Assembly: GCA_016207805.1 (NCBI GenBank) | Contig: JACQZO010000007.1 | Location: 1,964 to 65,963, forward strand | Direction: 5' to 3' | DNA from: Candidatus Abawacabacteria bacterium | GTDB lineage: Bacteria > Patescibacteriota > Gracilibacteria > RBG-16-42-10 | Length of the DNA stretch: 64,000 bases | Shown: piece after piece, positions 1 through 8,608 of the stretch | Position numbering within the stretch: the stretch's first letter is position 1 | Layout of the letters: the number at the start of each line of letters is the position of its first letter | The notes under the pieces: generated by a model | The model's database searches: none | Seen by the model: the letters and a program-made list of their open reading frames with translations, nothing else | Told to the model about the DNA's origin: nothing | Position numbers and translations under genes: made by a program

Positions 1-396
1 ACAAGCGATTTTATTTTGCAAGATTAACTTATCAAGATCTTCTAGGCTTAAGCCCTCAACTTTTACACCTTCTAAAGCATTTTCAATTAAGTGATCAGCG
101 CGTAATCGTGACTTACAGCTCTTACAGTCTACTTGAGCATCATTAAAGTTCGCCACATGTCCCGATGACTCCCATACTTTAGGATTCATTAATACTGCGG
201 CATCAATACCAACCATATCTTGGCGACTACGGACAAAGAATCGCCACCATTCTTGAGCAATATTATTTTTCAATTCTACGCCCAAGGGACCATAATCCCA
301 AGCATTAGCCAGACCGCCATAAATCTCTGAACCAGGGAAAACAAATCCTCTTTGTTTGCAAAGTGAAACGAGGGTATCCATAGTTAATTCTGCCAT
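1..396 (-). CDS. glyQS: glycine--tRNA ligase (alpha2 GlyQS type), N-terminal 132 codons; gene runs off the window start
   Basis: Not in the ORF track (edge-truncated). Reverse complement from ATG at 394-396 reads [55 protein letters not shown]...[30 protein letters not shown]. This is the conserved N-terminus of dimeric class II GlyRS. Confidence 0.85.
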   Translation of the reverse strand, partial: MAELTMDTLVSLCKQRGFVFPGSEIYGGLANAWDYGPLGVELKNNIAQEWWRFFVRSRQDMVGIDAAVLMNPKVWESSGHVANFNDAQVDCKSCKSRLRADHLIENALEGVKVEGLSLEDLDKLILQNKIAC

Positions 397-463
397 ACAA
401 AATCAGCGTAAATAGCGCAAGCACTCTAGCACAAGAAGTCAGAATTCTGAACTATGATCAAAC

Positions 464-492
464 AAAAAAAGCCTAGGTCTTTTCCCTAAGCT
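464..492 (-). terminator. putative rho-independent terminator after the DUF3467-like gene
   Basis: Minus strand: AGCUUAGG-gaaaaga-CCUAGGCU (8 bp, one G.U) followed directly by UUUUUUUG. It lies about 25 nt after the stop at 516. Confidence 0.4.
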
Positions 493-515
493 TTTCAATT
501 CAGCACTCAGCACTC

Positions 516-806
516 CTAATTCTTCTGCTCTTTCTTCTGATTTCTAAAATCTAAAAGTGCATTTTGAAATACACCTAAGAATTGCTCTGCAGTTACATGA
601 CTCAAATTAACACGGGCCATTACTTTGATAGTAGTGGGATTTACACCAGGCAAAATATAACCGAAATCAATTAAGATATCATTTTCTTTGACACTAACCG
701 ATGCAGCATTAGCATACACTCCAGCTTGCATCTCGTCCTTTACCTGTACATTAATTACATTTTGCTGTTGCTGCTGTTGTTGATTTTGAGCTTGATCATG
801 AGCCAT
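516..806 (-). CDS. DUF3467-like small protein with N-terminal poly-Gln tract
   Basis: 96-aa ORF. The core GVYANAASVSVKENDILIDFGYILPG...ARVNLSHVTAEQF resembles the DUF3467 pattern (G.Y.N....EF.LDF) from memory. The QNQQQQQQQN run is near the N-terminus. Confidence 0.5.
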   Translation of the reverse strand: MAHDQAQNQQQQQQQNVINVQVKDEMQAGVYANAASVSVKENDILIDFGYILPGVNPTTIKVMARVNLSHVTAEQFLGVFQNALLDFRNQKKEQKN

Positions 807-812
807 AGAATA

Positions 813-833
813 AAATTACTGATTACTAACTAT
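813..833. repeat. 7-nt periodic array (AAATTAC TGATTAC TAACTAT)
   Basis: Direct reading. It lies just upstream of the DUF3467-like start (806) on the minus strand. Confidence 0.7.
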
Positions 834-853
834 GAGTGTGTTATCCCACTGTT

Positions 854-881
854 CACTTCGCATTTCGAATTTCGCACTATT
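854..881. repeat. 7-nt periodic array (CACTTCG CATTTCG AATTTCG CACTATT)
   Basis: Direct reading. It overlaps the rplY stop codon (877-879). Confidence 0.7.
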
Positions 882-1551
882 CCTTCTTCTCTTCACCACC
901 TTCAGCAGGAGCTGCTTCACCACCTTCAACTGGAGCCGCGCCTTCAGCAGGCATTTCACCTTCAGCAGGAGCTGCTGGTGTCTCAATCACTTCTTCTTTT
1001 GGTAGAATCGCTTGAGCGATAACTGTTTCTGGATCTTCACTTACTTCTACATTTGCGGGGATAGTCAAATCGCTTACATGAATCATGTCATTGATTTCAG
1101 CTAACTTGCTAATATCTACTTGAATCTCATGAGGAAGATCGGCTGGGAGACAAGTGATTTCCAATTCGTCTTTATTGTGGACGATAATAGCAGACAAAGT
1201 GCGTACTGCAGCAGATTCGCCAACAAAATTCAAAGGTACAGTGGTAGTTAACTTTTCATTCATCTTTACCCGATAAAAATCTACATGGCGAGGAGCTTCG
1301 CTGGTAGGATCAAAAGTTACTTCGTAAATAATTGTTTTTACGGCCTTACCATCAACGGTTAAGTCTACGATGGTGTTGCTACCAGCCTCTTTAAACACTT
1401 TAGTAAACTCTTTTGCATTGAGTTCAATATGATCAGTAGGATTACCATGACCATACACTACACCTGGAATAATACCTTTTGCCCGAAGATCTTTGACCTT
1501 CTTGCCGATGACGTCACGCTTGTTAGCGGCTAATGAAATTGAATTACCCAT
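877..1551 (-). CDS. rplY: 50S ribosomal protein L25 / general stress protein Ctc form
   Basis: 224 aa. KRDVIGKKVKDLRAKGIIPGVVYGHG...IELNAKEF is the L25 N-domain, and the Ctc-type C-domain is present. The C-terminal tail is low-complexity: PAAPAEGEMPAEGAAPVEGGEAAPAEGGEEKKE. Confidence 0.85.
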   Translation of the reverse strand: MGNSISLAANKRDVIGKKVKDLRAKGIIPGVVYGHGNPTDHIELNAKEFTKVFKEAGSNTIVDLTVDGKAVKTIIYEVTFDPTSEAPRHVDFYRVKMNEKLTTTVPLNFVGESAAVRTLSAIIVHNKDELEITCLPADLPHEIQVDISKLAEINDMIHVSDLTIPANVEVSEDPETVIAQAILPKEEVIETPAAPAEGEMPAEGAAPVEGGEAAPAEGGEEKKE

Positions 1552-1603
1552 AAAATACTTTTAAACACTTAAAAAGCGCGGCTATAGTACTGCAAGTTTA
1601 GGG

Positions 1604-1635
1604 AAATTACAAATTACGAATTACGAATTACAAAT
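1604..1635. repeat. heptanucleotide tandem array, units AAATTAC/GAATTAC (4.5 copies)
   Basis: aaattac aaattac gaattac gaattac aaat. It lies in the spacer between the SDR stop (1651) and the rplY start (1551). Confidence 0.9.
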
Positions 1636-1650
1636 GATATGAGTAAGGAG

Positions 1651-2457
1651 TTAATGGAGAAGAAACTTATCCATGAGATAGTGCCATAGTTGCTCGGGGA
1701 TGAAGTGGCGTAGGCGTAATAGTCTTTTGGAGTCTTTGCCTACTGGGTAGCGTAATTTTTGCTTATTGTCTGTGGCCGCTTGGTAAATTACTTGAGCGAC
1801 AATGCTGGGATCAGCATCATTCCAGGACTCACTGTTTTTCATGAGCTGCTCATATAATATTTTGTATTCAGGTACTTTGTGAATATCGGTAGTGATCAGT
1901 GAGCGGCTGAAAAAATCTGTGCTAGTGGAGCCTGGTTCTACTAATTTAATTCTGATACCAAATTGCTTGATCTCGTATTGCAATGCTTCAGAGAAACCCT
2001 CTACCGCAAACTTGGAAGCAGTATATAAGCTATGAAAAGGTAATGCGATTTTGCCCAACATAGAAGAGATATTGATAATCGTGCCATTTTTTTGCCTACG
2101 CATGGCAGGCAATACTGCACGACACATATGCATAAGACCAAAAACATTGGTTTGAAATTGCTGTTCTATTTCACTGTTCGTTGCCGATTCGAAGGGACCA
2201 ATGAGGCCATAGCCAGCATTGTTTATGAGCACATCTACACGCTGATACTTATCGACTATTTCTGCTACTGTCTGTTCTATTTGAGTACTATTAGTAACAT
2301 CCAATTTCTTGATCTCCACATTCGATACCTGCTTCAATTCCTCTTCTTTCTCTGGAGAGCGCATGGTAGCAATTACTTGCCAACCTTTTGCTTGAAAAAG
2401 CTTAGCTGTGACTTTACCAATACCACTTGAGGAGCCGGTAATAAGAGCAATGGGCAT
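1651..2457 (-). CDS. short-chain dehydrogenase/reductase (SDR) family oxidoreductase
   Basis: TGSSSGIGK cofactor motif, NNAG, and the catalytic YTASKFAVEG (YxxxK). Start moved to the ATG at 2455-2457 (MPIALITG). Confidence 0.85.
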   Translation of the reverse strand: MPIALITGSSSGIGKVTAKLFQAKGWQVIATMRSPEKEEELKQVSNVEIKKLDVTNSTQIEQTVAEIVDKYQRVDVLINNAGYGLIGPFESATNSEIEQQFQTNVFGLMHMCRAVLPAMRRQKNGTIINISSMLGKIALPFHSLYTASKFAVEGFSEALQYEIKQFGIRIKLVEPGSTSTDFFSRSLITTDIHKVPEYKILYEQLMKNSESWNDADPSIVAQVIYQAATDNKQKLRYPVGKDSKRLLRLRHFIPEQLWHYLMDKFLLH

Positions 2458-2508
2458 GAGTAATGATAACTGCACTTAGATTATCAGCAGCTAAAATTTA
2501 TACAATGC

Positions 2509-3123
2509 TTAGGTTCTGAAAGTTAATTCCCATTGTTTTACAGTAGTTTGCTGTATAGCAACAGTTCGATCTGAGATTTGTCTTCTATCGATGCCAACAT
2601 GATATAAAATATCGAATACTTTTCCACTATCGCCTAGTGTTCCATCGGGAGAACCTCGATATGTAGTTTGTACTAGAGCATCTGCTGGGCCACAATTCAT
2701 ATTGGTAGTAATCTGAAACAATTGAGCATCGGTTGCTTCACGAATGACTTTGCTATGTAAGGCTATTCTCATGGTAGTAGTACCTCTGTCGGTTCGGGTT
2801 ATTTGCGTTAGTCCTAATGGGCACTGCTGAGTGAAATGAGTAACCAATGGTACTAATACGGGCAAAAATCCCTCATTTCCGGCCATCATCAAGCGAACCA
2901 TTTCCAGTGTTAGCGGTTGTTGACCTGTGCTATCAAATGGAGGAAGTTCTCGCAATTTACTTTTGATATCATCAACATGGCTCCCATGCAGATGAGTATC
3001 TAAACATCGTCTCACTGTACCTACAAGATGTTTTCCTGCCAGAGCCAGTTGTTTATTAGTAAGTACCTCTAAAAACACTTCATTTTGAGTTTCTATTGAG
3101 GGGACAGAGATAGGTGCTGACAT
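2509..3123 (-). CDS. hypothetical protein (204 aa), possible distant paralog of the next gene
   Basis: Long ORF with no recognisable motif. Same size, orientation and some local similarity (LEMVRLMMAGNEGF vs LRLSMEGNMAF) to 3144-3767. Confidence 0.55.
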   Translation of the reverse strand: MSAPISVPSIETQNEVFLEVLTNKQLALAGKHLVGTVRRCLDTHLHGSHVDDIKSKLRELPPFDSTGQQPLTLEMVRLMMAGNEGFLPVLVPLVTHFTQQCPLGLTQITRTDRGTTTMRIALHSKVIREATDAQLFQITTNMNCGPADALVQTTYRGSPDGTLGDSGKVFDILYHVGIDRRQISDRTVAIQQTTVKQWELTFRT

Positions 3124-3143
3124 GGATATTTTAATTAGGTGAT

Positions 3144-3767
3144 TTAATTACTTTTTAATTTCCATTCGGTAACTAGTACTGGTGGTGTGTACTCAGTCAC
3201 CTCTGCTTTGGGTACTAAATAGCAAACAGCGGCGCCACTTTCTCTGGGCCTCAAGCCAATTTCTGCCAATATAGCAAATAGTGCTAAACGAGCCTTTCTC
3301 ACGGATGTTTGTTCACCCTCAATTGTGGTATGTAGTACCGGTTCAATGTTACCTAGATCATCTTGTCTACATGCTGCTTGGGTATGCCTTGAACTACAAA
3401 CAGGAAAGGATCCTGAAACGAGGGCCCAACGGCTAGTCACTCTGTCTGTCGCTGCGAAATTAGGTGCACCAAGCACTACTTGGCGATCGATTGTTACTAA
3501 CCTGGGATCCTTAATATGAGGAGCCAGTGCCCCCGCTGCAATAACAAATGCCATATTCCCCTCCATACTTAGGCGCAACTCACGGACAATGCGCTCAGTC
3601 GCTTTTCTACTTCTAGGATTGCCTGGTCTTGCTAGTGTGTCCGCAACAATAGCTCCTATGTCAGCGCGTAGTTCAGGCTTCGCTCGCTCGATTATGGGCA
3701 ATAGTCCTGCGCCAACATGGGCAAGAAAGCTTTTATTATGCTGAGATTCGGCAGTCATTGGGGACAT
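3144..3767 (-). CDS. hypothetical protein (207 aa)
   Basis: Long ORF that looks visibly more GC/Arg/Ala-rich than its neighbours. No recognisable motif. Confidence 0.55.
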   Translation of the reverse strand: MSPMTAESQHNKSFLAHVGAGLLPIIERAKPELRADIGAIVADTLARPGNPRSRKATERIVRELRLSMEGNMAFVIAAGALAPHIKDPRLVTIDRQVVLGAPNFAATDRVTSRWALVSGSFPVCSSRHTQAACRQDDLGNIEPVLHTTIEGEQTSVRKARLALFAILAEIGLRPRESGAAVCYLVPKAEVTEYTPPVLVTEWKLKSN

Positions 3768-3906
3768 GGTTTTATTGTTAAGGCATCAAATTAATAGAAG
3801 TAAAGGAATTGTGCAAATAGATTGTTAGTACTTTATAAGAAAAAGGATGAGAAATTATTGCTAATTAAATGGTTGCCTGTAAAATGGGCAAGTCTGAAAA
3901 TTACGT

Positions 3907-4497
3907 ATGATCAAAGCAATTCTTTTTGATGCGGATGGGGTGATTATCAATAAACCTCGGTTGTTTAGCGAAGTATTGGCGGAAAGGCTTGGTTTGCCTT
4001 TGGCTACTGTGGTGCTTTTTTGGCAAGAAGCTTTCGGGCCCTGTTTAGTAGGTAAAGCTGATCTCAAGCAACAGTTATTACCTTATCTAGAGCAGTGGCA
4101 ATGGTCTGGTTCTGTGGAAGACTTATTGGCATTATGGTTTAAGAGTGAACATTATATTGATGAACGGGTGGTTGCTCAGATCAAGGATCTGAAAAGTCGG
4201 GGAATAGAATGTTTTTTGTCTACTAATCAAGAAAAGTATCGGACGGATTATATGGTTGAGCATATGAATTTTGGTCAACTATTTCCTCAGATATTTTCTT
4301 CAGCATATGTAGGGCACAAGAAACCTCATGCTGAGTACTTTTCAGCAGTATTAGAGCAGTTGCCACATGTAACTAAAGAAGAAATGGTGCTTTGGGACGA
4401 TGATCCAGAAAATATTGCCGGTGCTAAAAGCTTTGGTATTCAAGCAGAATTGTATACAAACTACGATGCTTTTCAGCACAAAGTAACCCGATATTAA
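3907..4497 (+). CDS. HAD-superfamily hydrolase
   Basis: N-terminal MIKAILFDADGVII (DxDG motif I), STNQ (motif II-like), C-terminal WDDD (motif IV). Confidence 0.75.
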   Translation: MIKAILFDADGVIINKPRLFSEVLAERLGLPLATVVLFWQEAFGPCLVGKADLKQQLLPYLEQWQWSGSVEDLLALWFKSEHYIDERVVAQIKDLKSRGIECFLSTNQEKYRTDYMVEHMNFGQLFPQIFSSAYVGHKKPHAEYFSAVLEQLPHVTKEEMVLWDDDPENIAGAKSFGIQAELYTNYDAFQHKVTRY

Positions 4498-5045
4498 TAG
4501 GTGTACTCGTGTAGCTGCTTACGTAATTTCCGATGCCCAGGAAAAGTATGCGCGACTAATTGCCAAAATTTATTTGAGTGATTCATCTCTTTTAGATGGC
4601 ATAACTCATGAACAACTACATACTCCGCCAATTCTCTTGGTAGAAAAATAATACGGTAATTAAAATTGAGATTTTTCTTAGTAGAACAGCTCCCCCATCG
4701 AGCTGCGGTATTCTTGATACTGATTTGATTATGCTGATACGGGTAAATAGACTGATACTGAGTGATAATATTCTTTACCAACAGTAAGGCTTGTTCTTTG
4801 TACTCTTGCCACCTTTCATGATCAGGCAGTAAAGTAATAGTTTTTTTGAACTTTTCTACAGTAGCCAAAATCCACTTGCTATGAGCATGAATAGCTTCTT
4901 CACCTTTGCTAAGAGATGCCCAACGGGGCATGGTCACAACTACTGCCAAATTGTGTTTGACTGTAATTCGTACTCTTTTGGCTCTTACGCTTTTTTTGAG
5001 TGTATAACTAATTTCTTGATTGTGCGTTTGTAACTTTCCTTCCAT
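4494..5045 (-). CDS. YgjP-like / M48-type metal-dependent hydrolase (DUF45)
   Basis: HELCHLKEMNHSNKFW is the HExxH...NHS..FW signature of the YgjP/DUF45 family. Confidence 0.75.
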   Translation of the reverse strand: MEGKLQTHNQEISYTLKKSVRAKRVRITVKHNLAVVVTMPRWASLSKGEEAIHAHSKWILATVEKFKKTITLLPDHERWQEYKEQALLLVKNIITQYQSIYPYQHNQISIKNTAARWGSCSTKKNLNFNYRIIFLPRELAEYVVVHELCHLKEMNHSNKFWQLVAHTFPGHRKLRKQLHEYTY

Positions 5046-5062
5046 ATTTAAATTACAGAATG

Positions 5063-6142
5063 CTATTCGAACCTTTGTATGTTCATTGGTAATCTCAATT
5101 CGGCTTTGATCATAAGGTGATCAGATCCCTCAATGCCAATAGTAGCAAAGTTGCTCACCGCGATGTTTTGAGAAACTAAAATATGGTCAATCTTGGTGCG
5201 AATAAAATATGGTCCCCAAGTGCTGAGTAGACCATATCCTCTAGCACTATCTTTCAGGAATGGGTTCATGGTCAGCAATTTTGTGAAGGTTGGTGACCAT
5301 GAAGAGAGATTGAAATCCCCCATTACTATTACTTTTTGCTCACGATAATTTTGCAAGAGTATATCTAATTTTTTGAGTAACATATTTCTCCTATTCAAAT
5401 AGAAGGGAGACATCGGGGCATCTGGATGGATCACAAGCAGTTTAACTTTTTCTGAGCCTGATAATTCTGCTGTTGCCTCAATCATGCCAGTGCTAGCGAT
5501 ACCATCGGTTTTGATATCACTTAAAGGGAAGCGACTAAAGACAGCTACTGAATCACCAGAATTAAATTGACAATGACAATCGTGGTAGTAGCTAAAAGGT
5601 AAATTAATTTGCTCTTTTAAGGCTTGATAACTACTTTCACTAATTTCTGCCATGCCCAGAATATCTAAACTATTGTTGGCAACTGCCTCGATGATCGGTA
5701 GGTGTTGGTAATTGTAATAAAATTTATTAAAAAAACCGATGCTCAGGTAATTGCTACTGTCTTTGTTTAGATCTCTTTCTTGCGCCAAGACAGTATTGTC
5801 TAAAGCGCTGGTGACCTGAATAGTGCTCAGAATTAAACTACTGAAGATGAACAATAAAACAACACCAATCCCGAGCCTTCGTATCGATCTGCTTTCTTGA
5901 GGTAACTGGCTAAAATAAAGAGTGGTGGCCATGAAGGTAACAATAAAGAGCATGGCCAAGAGCAGTGTTACCAAGGGGAGAAAACTGATGCCAATTTCTA
6001 ATAGCCAAATTCCTTCAAACATTCTAGCGCCCAAAAGCAAGAGTGCACAAAAAGTAGTAAATGTGAGCAGGAGATAGTAAAGGCGAGAAAACATGGACAT
6101 AGTACCTAGTTCGTAATGCACAGTGCGGAATTGGTTTAACAT
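5063..6142 (-). CDS. membrane-anchored endonuclease/exonuclease/phosphatase (EEP) family protein
   Basis: N-terminal hydrophobic helices, then the EEP motifs VMGDFNLSSWSP and GSDHLMIKAEL. Confidence 0.7.
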   Translation of the reverse strand: MLNQFRTVHYELGTMSMFSRLYYLLLTFTTFCALLLLGARMFEGIWLLEIGISFLPLVTLLLAMLFIVTFMATTLYFSQLPQESRSIRRLGIGVVLLFIFSSLILSTIQVTSALDNTVLAQERDLNKDSSNYLSIGFFNKFYYNYQHLPIIEAVANNSLDILGMAEISESSYQALKEQINLPFSYYHDCHCQFNSGDSVAVFSRFPLSDIKTDGIASTGMIEATAELSGSEKVKLLVIHPDAPMSPFYLNRRNMLLKKLDILLQNYREQKVIVMGDFNLSSWSPTFTKLLTMNPFLKDSARGYGLLSTWGPYFIRTKIDHILVSQNIAVSNFATIGIEGSDHLMIKAELRLPMNIQRFE

Positions 6143-6163
6143 TTTTTTTAGCCGCTTGGCAAA

Positions 6164-6967
6164 CTATAAGCGCACATTGATTAAGTTGCCGGATTCATAG
6201 CGTTTTAAACCGTGAGAGAATACTAGCTTAGCAAGCAGAGCAGTAAATAGCCAAAAAGCAGTTAGAATAGCAAGTATGCTCCAATCATTAGTTTGTAAAA
6301 ACTTCATTGGTAAAGAAATAATAAAAAAGGCTGGCACTATAGTCATCATAATCACTTTTAGTCCGCCATAAAACTGATTTTGCGGATAGAGACTAAAGCC
6401 GAAAACTAAATAAAGTAATTGTTGAGCCGCTTCTTCAAAATGCCCGAGATAAAAAGCAAGAGATTGAGTAATAATCAGAAAGTTCAAGACAATGCCGAAA
6501 CTGAGTAGATTAACTATCATAAACTTCGTGATGCCAAGCAATGATAAGTCTCCCCATAGGGCATAGACGACAATACCAAAAATAATATCACCTAGAGCGG
6601 ATATATCAGTTTTACTTAGAAGCAATTGCCATAAAACACTTTTGGGAAAAGTAAGATAATAGTCTAATTCTCCTTGGCTAATGGACTTGGAAAAATGCCA
6701 ATTACCACAGATGAAAAATATTGCGCCGAAACTGATATTGGCTGCGGCCAGCATGACCATATTATCTTGAAAGTCCCAGCCTCGGACTGAAGGGAATTGA
6801 CTGAAAAATAATCCCCAAAGAATGATAAAAAATACATCATTGATAATCATACTGACGATTTGCATGATAAAGGCACTGCGATAAGCCATGGCTGAAAGTA
6901 AGGCACTCTTGAGCATGTAAACACTGAGACGATAATAAAGTTGCAGTTTAGTAAGAAACTTTTTCAT
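6164..6967 (-). CDS. ABC-2-type transporter permease (type B of pair 2)
   Basis: Polytopic membrane ORF. The C-terminus HGLKRYESGNLINVRL is nearly identical to that of 7808-8608. Confidence 0.7.
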   Translation of the reverse strand: MKKFLTKLQLYYRLSVYMLKSALLSAMAYRSAFIMQIVSMIINDVFFIILWGLFFSQFPSVRGWDFQDNMVMLAAANISFGAIFFICGNWHFSKSISQGELDYYLTFPKSVLWQLLLSKTDISALGDIIFGIVVYALWGDLSLLGITKFMIVNLLSFGIVLNFLIITQSLAFYLGHFEEAAQQLLYLVFGFSLYPQNQFYGGLKVIMMTIVPAFFIISLPMKFLQTNDWSILAILTAFWLFTALLAKLVFSHGLKRYESGNLINVRL

Positions 6968-6969
6968 AT

Positions 6970-7821
6970 TTAGCCACCATTAACAGATAAACGGCGTAAA
7001 CTATAAGAAAACATGATGTAGCTAATAGTAATAAAAGTGATTATCCAAAAGATTTGTAAAGATAGGGAAAAAAAGAAATCATCCCAGCTAAAGTGGACAA
7101 TTTGCTTAGCTGCGCTGTAATAAATTTGGCTAAAAGGTGAAAGCAAGATAAGTTTTTGAAAAAAGTCGGGAAATAAGGCTACTGGCACAATAAGTCCGCT
7201 GAAAACCAAGCGAGCTTTGTGATAAATTGAGACCAAACCAGCCACAGTTTCTAGCCACAACGCAGATAAACCGATCATCAAGGCGATAGAAAAGTCTAGA
7301 ATATAACCTAGCAGCAAATTGATACTACCCAAGAGCATCCCCTGCCAAGTAATGGAAGTCATGCCTACCAGAATGAAAGTAACTAAGGAGCCAATAATGA
7401 GGTTGGATAGTAGCACTGGTAGCGTACGTCCCACTGTAGCCCATAGATGAAAAGAAATATAAGAGTAGGGCTTGCTCATAGAATACGCGATCGTACCATT
7501 TTGCACTTCTTCAGCAATTACTTGGCTTGGTGATGGTCGACTAGCACTATCAAAACTTTGAGCGAACATAAGACTCCAGACCACCATAGCTACAGTGAAG
7601 CCATTGATCACAGTGACTCCTGATTCAGCATAAGTTACTTCATATAGTTGGGCAAAAAGCCATACCCGCAAAACTACAGCCATGCTCCGGGCAAACATAT
7701 TAGGCCAATGAATTTTACTATTGCGGGCATTCACTTTACCGACGGCAAAGTACTTAGCAATTTTATTAGTTATGGTCGAGAGATGAGTAAGATCTGTAGT
7801 CATAGTACTAGATGCGGACAT
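6970..7821 (-). CDS. ABC-2-type transporter permease (type A of pair 2)
   Basis: Polytopic membrane ORF. It ends in LSVNGG like 8586-9434 (VSINGG) and shares IAYSMSKPYSY / IAYSISKPYSF. Confidence 0.7.
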   Translation of the reverse strand: MSASSTMTTDLTHLSTITNKIAKYFAVGKVNARNSKIHWPNMFARSMAVVLRVWLFAQLYEVTYAESGVTVINGFTVAMVVWSLMFAQSFDSASRPSPSQVIAEEVQNGTIAYSMSKPYSYISFHLWATVGRTLPVLLSNLIIGSLVTFILVGMTSITWQGMLLGSINLLLGYILDFSIALMIGLSALWLETVAGLVSIYHKARLVFSGLIVPVALFPDFFQKLILLSPFSQIYYSAAKQIVHFSWDDFFFSLSLQIFWIITFITISYIMFSYSLRRLSVNGG

Positions 7822-8608
7822 TAATCAAGTTTCCTGATTCATAACGTTTTAACCCATGATTAAAGAACTTAAGGGCGAATATAAAAGTACCGAACCAAAA
7901 TAAAAACAAAACTCCAACAGTGTGCCAATTCCATTGCTGCATGATTTGTGCTGGTAAGGTAATGAGAAAGTAAATAGGAAATACTGTCTGCATCAGTGTT
8001 TTGATGCTACCGGTAAATACTGATTGAGGCACAAAGGCAAAGCCCAATAAAATACCATAATATTGATGAACTACCTCTTCAAAGGCATGAAAATAAAAAG
8101 CAAAAGTATGCAATATTGTCATAATATTTAACAGTATTGCCGCAGTAAGTAGTGCCATCAATAAAAAGATGACAGTATCTGTAAGTGAAGGTCCTCTGAA
8201 AAAGAAGAAAATGAATAAACCAAAAAGCAGATCGCCGATGGCTGCGATATCGGTCCTCGTGCTCCACAAATGCCACAATACCGGCTTAGGAAATGATAAA
8301 TAATAATCCAATTCGCCCATCATAATAGTTTTGGCAATATGATGTACTCCTCCAGCAAAAATTAACATTATTCCTGCTTGGGTAGTGACTAAGGCAAATA
8401 AGGTGAGCATATCTGCAAAATGCCAGCCATTAATTTCCGGGAATCTGAGAAACATAATGTACCAAAGAGTACCGATGGCGACATCATTAAAAAACATACC
8501 AATAATTTTAGCCCAAAATGAAGTAGTATATTCCATTGCGGAAAGAATACTGAGCTTGGCCATGGTTATTGATAGCCGAAGATATTTAACCCCCATTAAT
8601 AGAAACAT
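7808..8608 (-). CDS. ABC-2-type transporter permease (type B of pair 1)
   Basis: Paralog of 6164-6967 (GELDYYL[ST]FPK, HGLKRYESGNLINVRI). Start set at the ATG at 8606-8608 by length comparison with the paralog; 8596 is also possible. Confidence 0.7.
   Translation of the reverse strand: MFLLMGVKYLRLSITMAKLSILSAMEYTTSFWAKIIGMFFNDVAIGTLWYIMFLRFPEINGWHFADMLTLFALVTTQAGIMLIFAGGVHHIAKTIMMGELDYYLSFPKPVLWHLWSTRTDIAAIGDLLFGLFIFFFFRGPSLTDTVIFLLMALLTAAILLNIMTILHTFAFYFHAFEEVVHQYYGILLGFAFVPQSVFTGSIKTLMQTVFPIYFLITLPAQIMQQWNWHTVGVLFLFWFGTFIFALKFFNHGLKRYESGNLINVRI

Noticed and set aside
726-1022. 98-aa + strand ORF with a poly-Leu run
   Set aside because: It is antisense to the poly-Gln (CAA/CAG) tract of the DUF3467-like gene and to the rplY tail. 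It also spans an intergenic repeat.
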